A DNA stretch of 32,756 nt from contig JBILMY010000001.1 of assembly GCA_044375265.1 (NCBI GenBank), positions 1 through 32,756 on the forward strand, written 5' to 3'. Positions 1 through 7,693 of this stretch are shown here, one piece after another. Below the pieces are notes generated by a model that saw only the letters and a program-made list of their open reading frames with translations, searched no databases and had not been told where the DNA came from. Position 1 is the stretch's first letter. Every line of letters begins with the position of its first letter. This stretch comes from Gammaproteobacteria bacterium. Its GTDB lineage: Bacteria > Pseudomonadota > Gammaproteobacteria > JABDGN01. The position numbers were made by a program, and so were the translations under genes.

Positions 1-927
1 AGTATTGATTGGATGGGACTTTTGTTGCAACTCATTTTTGCCAGCAGCCTTGTGGTCGGCATTATGGAGTTAGGTCACTTGTCCACCAGTTTTTGTATCG
101 GACTCATCGTTCTTTCGATCCTCGCTTTTTACGCACTCTATCAAGTTGAAACACGTAAAAAATTTCCCCTTTTAAGTTTTCATATTTTTAAAATTAAAGT
201 CTTTATGACAAGCTGTCTCTTAATTTTCTTTATTCAAATTATTTTGATTGGCGGTATTTATTGGACAGTTTTTTATCAAGAAGTTTTAGGGAACTCGCCC
301 CTGATTGCAGGACTTATGTCCATGCCTTCTTCCATACCGGTATTATTTATGGCGCCTATCGGCGGTTTGCTGCTCGATCGCTTCGGCATAAGACTCCCAC
401 TTTTATTAAGTTTAGGTTTATTAATTTTTGCACTGGGATGGATGAGCTTTTTTATATCCTTTCGATCGTATCCTCTACTCATCCCGGGGCTGCTGGCTTT
501 TGGATTTGGCGTGCCAATGATTATGTCCACCATTTTTACGCCCGGGCTCAATGCGGTGGAGCTACATAATCGTGGCCTGGCTTCAGGCACCTTAGGATTC
601 TTGCGACAACTCGGCGCCTCTGTGGGACTTGCGTTTGTGTCAGTGATTTTTAATTTATCCAATCATGCCAAAGTCACCAGTGAAATCAAAAGCAATGCCG
701 TTTCACTCCCTGCTGATGTCATAGAAAATATTTTCGCCCATCCTCAAGCATTAACCCAATTACCGGCAGCAAATCAATTACAAGTTCTGAATATTGCAAA
801 AGATGGTATTGCCTTTGCGATCAATCATACCGCTATTTTTGGTTTTTTGGTTGCGGTATTATTACTGATAATTGGCTTTGTTCGCACCTATGGCGATCCC
901 GGCTTTTTGAAAAAAGATAAGGCGTAA
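1..927 (+). CDS. MFS transporter, DHA2 (EmrB/QacA-like) type, C-terminal part; the 5' end lies outside the window
   Basis: The frame is open from base 1, so the listed Met at 13 is probably internal. The protein has many hydrophobic helices and an MFS-type loop, PIGGLLLDRFGIR. Stop is TAA at 925-927. Confidence 0.7.
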   Translation, partial: SIDWMGLLLQLIFASSLVVGIMELGHLSTSFCIGLIVLSILAFYALYQVETRKKFPLLSFHIFKIKVFMTSCLLIFFIQIILIGGIYWTVFYQEVLGNSPLIAGLMSMPSSIPVLFMAPIGGLLLDRFGIRLPLLLSLGLLIFALGWMSFFISFRSYPLLIPGLLAFGFGVPMIMSTIFTPGLNAVELHNRGLASGTLGFLRQLGASVGLAFVSVIFNLSNHAKVTSEIKSNAVSLPADVIENIFAHPQALTQLPAANQLQVLNIAKDGIAFAINHTAIFGFLVAVLLLIIGFVRTYGDPGFLKKDKA

Positions 928-936
928 GGAAATAAA

Positions 937-1908
937 ATGAAAGAAAAATTATTAAGTGTGCTCTTGGGAATGGCTTTGTTACTTGGCCTGACTTTTTCAG
1001 CCAGCGCCGCCCCCGTTCTTTTGGATGGCATAGCTGCTATCGTGAATAAAAATATTATCACGCAATCAGAACTTTCTGTACGTATCGAGACAATCAAAGC
1101 GCAATTAACGCAGCAAAAAATTCAAATTCCGCCGCCCGATGTTTTACAAAAACAAGTGCTCGATCTCATGATCAATCAAGTGTTAGAAAATCAGATGATC
1201 AACCGTCTGAATATTACGGTAACTTCAACTGATTTAAAAAATGCGCTCAACAGTTTTGCCGCACAAAAAGGCATGACAGTGGCTGAACTTCAGCAAACCC
1301 TTCAAAAACAAGGCCTTTCTGAAGAAGCTTTTTTAACACAATTTAAAGAACAAGTGGCCCTGCAAAAATTACTCAGTCAAGTGGTTGCATCGCAAGTCAC
1401 TGTGACCCCTGAAGAAATTAACGATGCGATGGCGCTCATGCAATCGCAGGCTTCTTCGCAGCTCCAATACCACTTGTATCACATCGTGATCCCTATCCCG
1501 AATTCACCCACGCAAGCAGAATCAGAAGCCGCTGAAAACAAAGCCAGTAACTTATTGACGCAACTCAATGGTGGCGCTGATTTTAAAATGCTAGCGGCAG
1601 CTAACTCTACCGGCGAAGATGCACTCGAAGGCGGTGATATGGGCTGGAAATTTTTAACTGAAATTCCCGAGCCGCTCGCCGATAAAATTGCGAGTATGCA
1701 GCCAGGCTCCGTCATTGGGCCTTTTCAAATCGGCAATAGTTTTCAGCTCATTTATTTATCACAGACACGCCAAGGACAAGCGCCTACTGATAACAAAACC
1801 TTGCGTGCGCAAGTCACGCAAATGATTTTCAGCCGAAAAGCCGCAGAAAAAGAAGCTGATTGGTTAAGCCAACTTCGCGCCAGTGCTTACATCAAAATAT
1901 TTATTTAA
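937..1908 (+). CDS. surA: Periplasmic chaperone / peptidyl-prolyl isomerase, SurA-like with a single parvulin domain
   Basis: ATG at 937. It has a Sec signal peptide (LTFSASA/AP), a SurA N-terminal-like segment (LLDGIAAIVNKNIITQSEL) and a PpiC/parvulin domain (YHLYHIVI...GGDMGWKF...GPFQIGNSFQLIYL). Confidence 0.7.
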   Translation: MKEKLLSVLLGMALLLGLTFSASAAPVLLDGIAAIVNKNIITQSELSVRIETIKAQLTQQKIQIPPPDVLQKQVLDLMINQVLENQMINRLNITVTSTDLKNALNSFAAQKGMTVAELQQTLQKQGLSEEAFLTQFKEQVALQKLLSQVVASQVTVTPEEINDAMALMQSQASSQLQYHLYHIVIPIPNSPTQAESEAAENKASNLLTQLNGGADFKMLAAANSTGEDALEGGDMGWKFLTEIPEPLADKIASMQPGSVIGPFQIGNSFQLIYLSQTRQGQAPTDNKTLRAQVTQMIFSRKAAEKEADWLSQLRASAYIKIFI

Positions 1909-1918
1909 GGAAACGAAT

Positions 1919-2416
1919 ATGCCCTCATTTGATATTGTCTCTGAAGTGCCTAAAGATGAAATGAATAATGCCGTCGATCAAGCCAGCCGTGCGCTGCAAT
2001 CACGCTTTGATTTTAAAGGCGTAAAAACGTCTTATGAACTGGATAAATCCCTTAAATTTATCATGGTAAAAGCAGAAGAAGAATTTCAAGTCAAAGAGAT
2101 GCAAAATATTCTTTATGAACGGCTGGGAAAACGGGGAATCGATATAAGGCTTTTAACGCCTGAAAAAATCGAAACGAATTTAGCCGAAGCACGTATCAAA
2201 CTGCTCATCAAAGAAGGACTCGAAGATAAGCTATTAAAAAAATTAAACCAGTGCATTAAAGACAGTAAACTTAAAGTACAGACAGCCATTCAAGGGAACA
2301 CCCTTCGAGTGACCGGAAAAAATCGCGATGATTTGCAAGAGGTCATGGCACTCTTAAAGAAAAAAGACGAAGACTGGGATCAACCCCTGCAATTTAATAA
2401 TTTTAGAGAAAAGTAG
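1919..2416 (+). CDS. yajQ: YajQ family (UPF0234) nucleotide-binding protein
   Basis: MPSFDIVSEV...NAVDQASRALQSRFDFKG matches the YajQ N-terminus, and 165 aa is the right length. ATG at 1919 is preceded by AAGGAA. The track start at 1883 is a GTG that overlaps surA. The stop codon TAG at 2414-2416 lies inside repeat family B. Confidence 0.85.
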   Translation: MPSFDIVSEVPKDEMNNAVDQASRALQSRFDFKGVKTSYELDKSLKFIMVKAEEEFQVKEMQNILYERLGKRGIDIRLLTPEKIETNLAEARIKLLIKEGLEDKLLKKLNQCIKDSKLKVQTAIQGNTLRVTGKNRDDLQEVMALLKKKDEDWDQPLQFNNFREK

Positions 2417-2463
2417 AGACGCGATTCATCGCGTCTCATAAGACGCATGCAATACGTCTCTAC
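2413..2463. repeat. Family B REP-like doublet: two inverted GTAG+palindrome units (GTAGAGACGcgattcatcGCGTCTC ... CGTCTCTAC)
   Basis: The terminal inverted repeats are GTAGAGACG / CGTCTCTAC. The right unit in reverse complement (GTAGAGACGTATTGCATGCGTCT) nearly equals the copy at 5141-5164. Confidence 0.8.
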
Positions 2464-2473
2464 GATTTAAAGT

Positions 2474-3211
2474 ATGCTCCACCTATCCCGACATTTTTTT
2501 ATCATCGCAGGCATCATTATTATTGCCTTAATTTGCCTTGAGCCTTTATGCCGTTATGTATGGCAACGAAGAAAATTTGCCAGAAATAAAACAGAAGAAA
2601 TAAAAACAGCCACGTCAGATTCTATGCCAGAAACCCTAGAACCCGACGCCACAACTGCAGGCATTGCCGAATCTGAAATACCAGCAGAACGCACACCCAT
2701 ACCAACCCTAACTGAACCGACTCCCCCCACATTACCTGAAGCGGCCAATGAATCGCTTCGAGAACCCTTGCGCGCACAAAATAAACCCCAGAAAGCAGAA
2801 ATTGGACCCGATCCGAATCTTATCATGCTCACCGTCATGTCACTTGATAATAAAAAATTTCGCGGCTATGATTTAGTTAAAGCCTTGGAAGAAAATTATT
2901 TACATTTTGGACAATGGTCTATTTATCATCGACACAAATATCGCAACGGAAAAGGGCCGCGTTATTTTAGTGTCGCTTCCGTCATTAATCCTGGCACTTT
3001 AAATCCCGAGCGTTTGGCTGATTTATCCGTGCCAGGGCTCGCGCTTTTTATGCCTCGTGATAATCCCAAGCATGATCGGATTATTTTTCGGCAAATGTTA
3101 TTAACCGCAGAAGATTTAGCCAAACGCTTAGTGGGTGTGGTGTGTGATGCAGAACGTACGCCCTTAAACGAAACCAGTTTGGCCAAATACGAAGCCGCGT
3201 GTTTTTTGTAG
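2474..3211 (+). CDS. zipA: Cell division protein ZipA
   Basis: It has an N-terminal TM anchor (FFIIAGIIIIALICL), a basic patch, a P/E/T-rich linker, and a C-terminal FtsZ-binding ZipA domain (LIMLTVMS..FRGYDLVKALEENYLHFG..IYHRH..FSVASVINPGTL). Confidence 0.85.
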   Translation: MLHLSRHFFIIAGIIIIALICLEPLCRYVWQRRKFARNKTEEIKTATSDSMPETLEPDATTAGIAESEIPAERTPIPTLTEPTPPTLPEAANESLREPLRAQNKPQKAEIGPDPNLIMLTVMSLDNKKFRGYDLVKALEENYLHFGQWSIYHRHKYRNGKGPRYFSVASVINPGTLNPERLADLSVPGLALFMPRDNPKHDRIIFRQMLLTAEDLAKRLVGVVCDAERTPLNETSLAKYEAACFL

Positions 3212-3216
3212 AATAT

Positions 3217-3328
3217 ACCCCCTCTTAATAAGAGTGATGTCGGCGTAGCCGACGGGGAGATTTATAAGCCCTTTATGCAATATAAATCCCCCAGCCAGCT
3301 TCGCTGGCAGCCCCCTTATTAAGGGGGC
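3217..3328. repeat. Family C composite palindromic element (~110 bp), copy 1, in the same orientation as copy 3
   Basis: Module order is ccccctcttaataagag hairpin, gtcggc-gta-gccgac hairpin, GGGGAGA, an AT-rich core, TCCCCC, gccagc-ttc-gctggc hairpin, then cccccttattaaggggg hairpin. It aligns module by module with 13421-13535 and 29823-29931. Confidence 0.85.
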
Positions 3329-3342
3329 AGTTTTCTTTTTTT
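3310..3342 (+). terminator. Probable intrinsic terminator for zipA, formed by the last hairpin of the family C element plus a T-run
   Basis: The stem gCCCCCTT-att-AAGGGGGc is followed by agTTTTCTTTTTTT. It sits between the convergent genes zipA and coq7. Confidence 0.55.
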
Positions 3343-3979
3343 AAATATAAAACGCGATACGCTTCATGCACAGCGCCATGACCTGCATGAGTTCTTTCAC
3401 TACTACAGGTAATTCTCTTGCACCGCAATCTTCAGCATGCGCTGAATGCTGCATTTCATCTTGCAGCATTTGCTCAAGAATAGCACGGCTCTTGGTGTCT
3501 GCTGCTGGCAAGCGTAATAAATGATCTTGTATATGCACAGAAACCTGTTTTTCGGTTTCCGCTAAAAATCCAAGGCTCACCGCATCACCACAAAAACTCG
3601 TGATAACGCCCAGGAAAAAAGAAGCCACATACCAAAAAAAATTCAGATAACTCGGGTGTGTATCAAGCGCTTTTAATCGCTCGCCACACCAAGCTAAATG
3701 ATCGATTTCTTCAGATTGTGATTGTTGTAATAAGGTTTTAACAGACTCTTTTTTGGCACCCATAAGCTGCCCGGCATACAGTGCTTGTGCACAGATTTCA
3801 CCCACATGGTTGATACGCATGAGCGCGCCTGACAAGACTTTTTCTTCTGCCGTTAATAAGGGCTCAGCCATATTTTTTGCAGGACTGTCTTGCGTTGCTA
3901 CAGGTCTTGTTGATTGTAAAAGCCTGTCAAAAAAAAGACAGGCTTTATCAGCCAAAGAATGTCGAAGAAACGAAGTCAT
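3341..3979 (-). CDS. coq7: Demethoxyubiquinone hydroxylase Coq7 (di-iron carboxylate family)
   Basis: RINHVGEICAQALYAGQ is present, with two E-x-x-H motifs (EEIDHLAW, DEMQHSAHAE). At 212 aa the length is typical of bacterial Coq7. Confidence 0.85.
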   Translation of the reverse strand: MTSFLRHSLADKACLFFDRLLQSTRPVATQDSPAKNMAEPLLTAEEKVLSGALMRINHVGEICAQALYAGQLMGAKKESVKTLLQQSQSEEIDHLAWCGERLKALDTHPSYLNFFWYVASFFLGVITSFCGDAVSLGFLAETEKQVSVHIQDHLLRLPAADTKSRAILEQMLQDEMQHSAHAEDCGARELPVVVKELMQVMALCMKRIAFYI

Positions 3980-4372
3980 CTAAACAAAATACACTTTGGC
4001 TTGTACTATCAGCATAGACGCATCAGGCGTTTCAAACGCCGTCATGATCCCTAAACGATTGGCACCTTGTGCCCCTGTGACAGCTTTCATATAAGCCAAG
4101 GTTTCATTTTCAGCCGTTGCGACGTCGCCGTCTTTAATGGCAGTTTCTACATTCAGTGTGCCTAAAAAAACACCGGCGGAATGGGCTAAATCCATGGTAT
4201 AGACAAGACTCGGATCTACTGCCGTTGTCTTACCAGCAAAACTTTGATAGCTTGCCCCAGGCAGAAAAATACCATGGGGTAAATAATCTGCCTGCGGAAT
4301 ATTAAGCCATCCAAATAATAGTGTTAATAAAAATAAGCCAATATAAATCGGCAACCGCTTTTGAAAAGTCAT
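3980..4372 (-). CDS. Hypothetical membrane-anchored or exported protein (130 aa)
   Basis: The N-terminus is hydrophobic (LPIYIGLFLLTLLFGWL). Its stop TAG abuts the coq7 ATG with no gap, and its ATG overlaps the upstream stop (TAATG). I recognise no family. Confidence 0.55.
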   Translation of the reverse strand: MTFQKRLPIYIGLFLLTLLFGWLNIPQADYLPHGIFLPGASYQSFAGKTTAVDPSLVYTMDLAHSAGVFLGTLNVETAIKDGDVATAENETLAYMKAVTGAQGANRLGIMTAFETPDASMLIVQAKVYFV

Positions 4373-4830
4373 TATTGAAATCCGCGTTTCGCCATGGCTG
4401 ATTGAAAAATAGCGGGCGCGCGATTTTCAACAATCCAATATTGTCCCTGTGCTGCTTTAGCAGGGTATTGTACTTTCGTCATTTCACAAATTCCAATGAC
4501 GTCAGAGCACGCTACTGGCCCTTTTCCTGCAATATTACAGGTTAAATAAAAATGTTTTTGAGTAATCATGGCCGCAGAAATATTGCCAGGGTTAAGCTGA
4601 CTTGACCAGCCTGCATTCATACCAGCATTTTTAGAAAAATGCCCCAGCACCACAGGTGTATTACTGATATTTTGAAGTCGATAAACAAAAGGCTTTGCGA
4701 AATCTTGTACATTGAGTACGGCGTATACGCCTTCAAAAGCAACTGATGCATTGTTACAATTTGCACGCATGGGCGCTGCAATCGTTACTGATGCACATAG
4801 CGCGAAAAACACTGCAATGAATTTTTTCAT
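4372..4830 (-). CDS. Hypothetical secreted Cys-containing protein (152 aa)
   Basis: It has a Sec signal peptide (MKKFIAVFFALCASVTIAAP) and four Cys in the mature part. It is the first gene of a three-gene minus-strand unit that ends in coq7. I recognise no family. Confidence 0.55.
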   Translation of the reverse strand: MKKFIAVFFALCASVTIAAPMRANCNNASVAFEGVYAVLNVQDFAKPFVYRLQNISNTPVVLGHFSKNAGMNAGWSSQLNPGNISAAMITQKHFYLTCNIAGKGPVACSDVIGICEMTKVQYPAKAAQGQYWIVENRAPAIFQSAMAKRGFQ

Positions 4831-4876
4831 AGTTATAAGCCTCGAGAAATTAGGGTTACACCATTATACAAAAAAA

Positions 4877-4906
4877 TTAGACAAAAGTGCCAAAAATCGC
4901 TACAAT
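4877..4906 (+). promoter_or_regulatory. Candidate sigma70 promoter for the S8 protease gene (TTAGAC-N18-TACAAT)
   Basis: The -35-like TTAGAC is at 4877-4882 and the -10-like TACAAT at 4901-4906. This would give a very short 5' UTR before ATG 4918, and no SD is visible. Confidence 0.3.
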
Positions 4907-4917
4907 TCTTCGCATTG

Positions 4918-6864
4918 ATGAAGCTTACAAAAAAACGCTTTTTTACTTTTTTAGGATGCAGTATTGTTTTAGGGACACTTGTCTATGGCCTTAATGCAAG
5001 GCATTTTTTTTCCACGTCTTCTGAAGAAACTGCAGCGCTTGGGCCAGAAGCAACACAAGGACTGAGTCAAGTACCTACGTATACTCCTATCTTCGCCTCC
5101 GCGCAAACGTCATTTATTAACAACATTGTTTATGGCGACCGTAGAGACGCATTGCATGCGTCTCAAAATATGGAATTGTTTACTGCACTCAATTCCATTA
5201 CAGCCTCTCCTTATTCTACAACGCCTGTTTTCCCCTCTACCACAACCTCCTCAAACAACAGCACTTCTTCTATAGCAGCAACTGTAGATGAAACCAGCAA
5301 CACGCCTGACTACACACGTCTCTTTATTAAATTTAATGATGGCTGCTGCCACACGGAAAATGAATTATCACAAAGACTTCAAACCTTAGAAAATACAGTG
5401 CAAATGCCTATTTCTTTCATTACGCATTTTCAAGACGGCACGTATGTAATTCATGTGCCTTATACTACACAAACTGAATTAGGCATTAACAGCAAAGCTG
5501 CAGGCATTGCCTTGCAAACAGCGATTAAAACGGCGCTGCAAAATGACACTACGGTTGCACTCGTTGAAGCCGACCATTTTTATATTTTACCGTCGATGGA
5601 AATACACAATCTTGGCACAACTCCCACTCGTAGCGATCAATGGGATATGCTCGATAACAGTACTTATTCCGTTAAAGCAGATACCGATGCCTGGTCGATT
5701 ACGGAAGGTAATCCCAACTTATATGTGGGTGTCATCGACACAGGATCATGCAACAACAATGCGCTCACCAATACCTTTGTGGGCGGTTATAATTTTATTA
5801 CCGATAGCAGTGATGCCTCAGATACCTCACCAACAGATATTCGCTGGCACGGTTGTCATGTCAGTGGCACGATTGCCGCGCATGGGGTGATTATCGGCGT
5901 TGCGCCCGATGTAAAAATTGTGCCTTTAAATGTTTTTGGCAATAGGAAGGGCGTGTATGACGATACCATTATTTCTGCTTTACGCTATGGCGCGGGCGAA
6001 AGTGTTGGGAATATTCCCGTCAATCCTTATCCTATTAAAGTATTTAATATAAGTATCGGCTCCACTATGCCAGAAACTTGTGGGGTTACCATTCAAAATA
6101 CTTTTAATGATATGGCCAATCATAATATTTCTGTTGTCGTTTCTGCTGGCAACGATAATGCCACTGCAGCCAATTACACTTACGCCAACTGCAATCATGT
6201 GATCGCAGTGGGCGCTACCAATATCAATGGATTACGCGCCAGTTATTCCAATAAAGGCAGTGCTGTCACCATTGCGGCGCCAGGGGGTTGCGGCACTGAA
6301 TGTTCATCAGATATTTGGTCAACCATCGGCAATAATGCTTTTGCTGATGTCCATGGGACGAGTATGGCAGCACCGCATATCACGGGCGCTATTGCCTTGT
6401 TGTTATCGGAAGACAATTTATTGACCGTTTCTCAAATTGAAGCTATTTTAACCGATCCGGATAATCTTCAAGTTTTTGGCGCGCCCAATCAATCTATCGG
6501 CCCTGGTATCATCAATGTCTTTGACATGCTCTTTCATTTATCCAGCATCAGTTTGTCACTGGATGATCTCAATGTGGTGAGCGCCAGCCGCTTTGTGAAT
6601 CCCTTACAATATTGCACTGATCCGGATAACGAAATTCCACTCGATGCCTCTATTCCTTTTTCTAAAAATAATTTTGATGCCACTTTGCAATTAACCACAT
6701 CAGCCTATTGTGAGAATGAAATTGTCTATGCAGAGCCTACGCTCTCTGAGGCAGATAACCTCGTGAGCGTTAATTATGGCAGAAATCAGTACACACTGAT
6801 TCCACCCTCAGGCTGGCAATGTACGCTGCAAAGTGCCTCGGAGGTGAAGTGTGAATTTGAATAA
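4918..6864 (+). CDS. Subtilisin-like serine protease (peptidase S8), exported or membrane-anchored
   Basis: Catalytic motifs are VGVIDTGS (Asp), HGCHVSGTIAAHG (His), SAGNDN (oxyanion Asn) and HGTSMAAPHITGAIALL (Ser). It has an N-terminal hydrophobic anchor or signal, an S/T-rich stretch, and a C-terminal extra domain of about 110 aa. The track start at 4915 is TTG; ATG is at 4918. Confidence 0.85.
   Translation: MKLTKKRFFTFLGCSIVLGTLVYGLNARHFFSTSSEETAALGPEATQGLSQVPTYTPIFASAQTSFINNIVYGDRRDALHASQNMELFTALNSITASPYSTTPVFPSTTTSSNNSTSSIAATVDETSNTPDYTRLFIKFNDGCCHTENELSQRLQTLENTVQMPISFITHFQDGTYVIHVPYTTQTELGINSKAAGIALQTAIKTALQNDTTVALVEADHFYILPSMEIHNLGTTPTRSDQWDMLDNSTYSVKADTDAWSITEGNPNLYVGVIDTGSCNNNALTNTFVGGYNFITDSSDASDTSPTDIRWHGCHVSGTIAAHGVIIGVAPDVKIVPLNVFGNRKGVYDDTIISALRYGAGESVGNIPVNPYPIKVFNISIGSTMPETCGVTIQNTFNDMANHNISVVVSAGNDNATAANYTYANCNHVIAVGATNINGLRASYSNKGSAVTIAAPGGCGTECSSDIWSTIGNNAFADVHGTSMAAPHITGAIALLLSEDNLLTVSQIEAILTDPDNLQVFGAPNQSIGPGIINVFDMLFHLSSISLSLDDLNVVSASRFVNPLQYCTDPDNEIPLDASIPFSKNNFDATLQLTTSAYCENEIVYAEPTLSEADNLVSVNYGRNQYTLIPPSGWQCTLQSASEVKCEFE
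5141..5164 (+). repeat. Family B REP-like unit (GTAGAGACGCattgcatGCGTCTC) in frame inside the S8 protease ORF
   Basis: It has the same GTAG+palindrome as 2413-2463 and is translated as RRDALHAS in the protease N-terminal region. Confidence 0.75.
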
Positions 6865-6867
6865 TAT

Positions 6868-6929
6868 CGTCACCCCCGCGAAGGCGGGGGTCCATGGGCC
6901 CCTGGATTCCCGCGTTCGCGGGAATGACG
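6868..6929. repeat. Family A double-hairpin element (CGTCAcccccgc-gaag-gcggggg ... attcccgc-gttc-gcgggaaTGACG)
   Basis: This 62-bp unit matches 17072-17132 almost exactly. The differences are mainly in the two loops and in the segment between the hairpins. It is intergenic, between the S8 stop and the OMP start. Confidence 0.85.
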
Positions 6930-6937
6930 TTCTAACG

Positions 6938-7693
6938 ATGAAAACACTTGTTGTATTATCTCTATTTATTTTTACCTCTTCCCTATCTGCCAAAAACGGC
7001 ATTGTATTTTCACTCGGTGGATTTTATGGCAATACGTTTTCTTCACCCCTCACCGCCACTTTTCAGTCTGATCCGCAGCTTACCAATGCCACACTCGCCC
7101 CCATCAGTTTAAACAGTTTTTATGGTGGCCCGAAAATCAGCATCGGCTATCTTTTTCAAAACCGCACTATTGACTGGACGCCTAGGCTGAGCTTTGAATA
7201 TGGACAGTATCAATTCAGTCAAGCTAATATTCTGGAAAATTATCCTGTAGCAACACAAAATGAATTTGTACTGGATGCCAGTGAAAACAATCTCTTGTTG
7301 GAACTCGATATCGCGCCACATACAAAAAAACGCTGGCAGCCCTTTTTACGCCTCGGTATAGGTGCTTCTGCTTTTGCAGGCAACAGTACCCTCACGATTA
7401 ATGCACCTGGTTTTTCTACTAAAAATGGAGAGTCCATCAATGAAGTGCGCGCAATAGAAGAGATCGGCGTAGGGATCAATTGGCAGTTGGATTCCGTGTG
7501 GTCTTTATCGAATAGTCTTAATTATCGTTATGCAGGCGATATTGATCTTGGGAATTTTTATGAAAACGAACCAATTACGTCCGGTGTTGATTTAAGTTTG
7601 CCCGCACAGGGCTATATCATGTGGACGGTGACTTTTAATTACACGCCGCCTAATGACACACCCCGCCCGCTACAGAAAGCACTTCGCCAGTAA
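6938..7693 (+). CDS. Small outer-membrane beta-barrel protein (OmpW/Opa-like architecture)
   Basis: It has a signal peptide (MKTLVVLSLFIFTSSLSA), alternating amphipathic strands and aromatic girdle residues. A beta-signal-like ...MWTVTFNY is followed by a 16-aa tail. The track start at 6851 only adds a translation of repeat family A. Confidence 0.6.
   Translation: MKTLVVLSLFIFTSSLSAKNGIVFSLGGFYGNTFSSPLTATFQSDPQLTNATLAPISLNSFYGGPKISIGYLFQNRTIDWTPRLSFEYGQYQFSQANILENYPVATQNEFVLDASENNLLLELDIAPHTKKRWQPFLRLGIGASAFAGNSTLTINAPGFSTKNGESINEVRAIEEIGVGINWQLDSVWSLSNSLNYRYAGDIDLGNFYENEPITSGVDLSLPAQGYIMWTVTFNYTPPNDTPRPLQKALRQ

Noticed and set aside
4918-5010. A lipobox (FLGC) in the S8 protease N-terminus, which would suggest a lipoprotein.
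   Set aside because: The residues at -3 and -2 do not fit the usual L-[AS]-[GA]-C pattern well, and the hydrophobic stretch continues past the Cys. A signal anchor or ordinary signal peptide is equally likely.
6851-6937. The N-terminal 29 codons of track ORF 6851-7693.
   Set aside because: It overlaps the S8 protease 3' end and is a translation of the family A repeat. A good signal peptide starts at ATG 6938.
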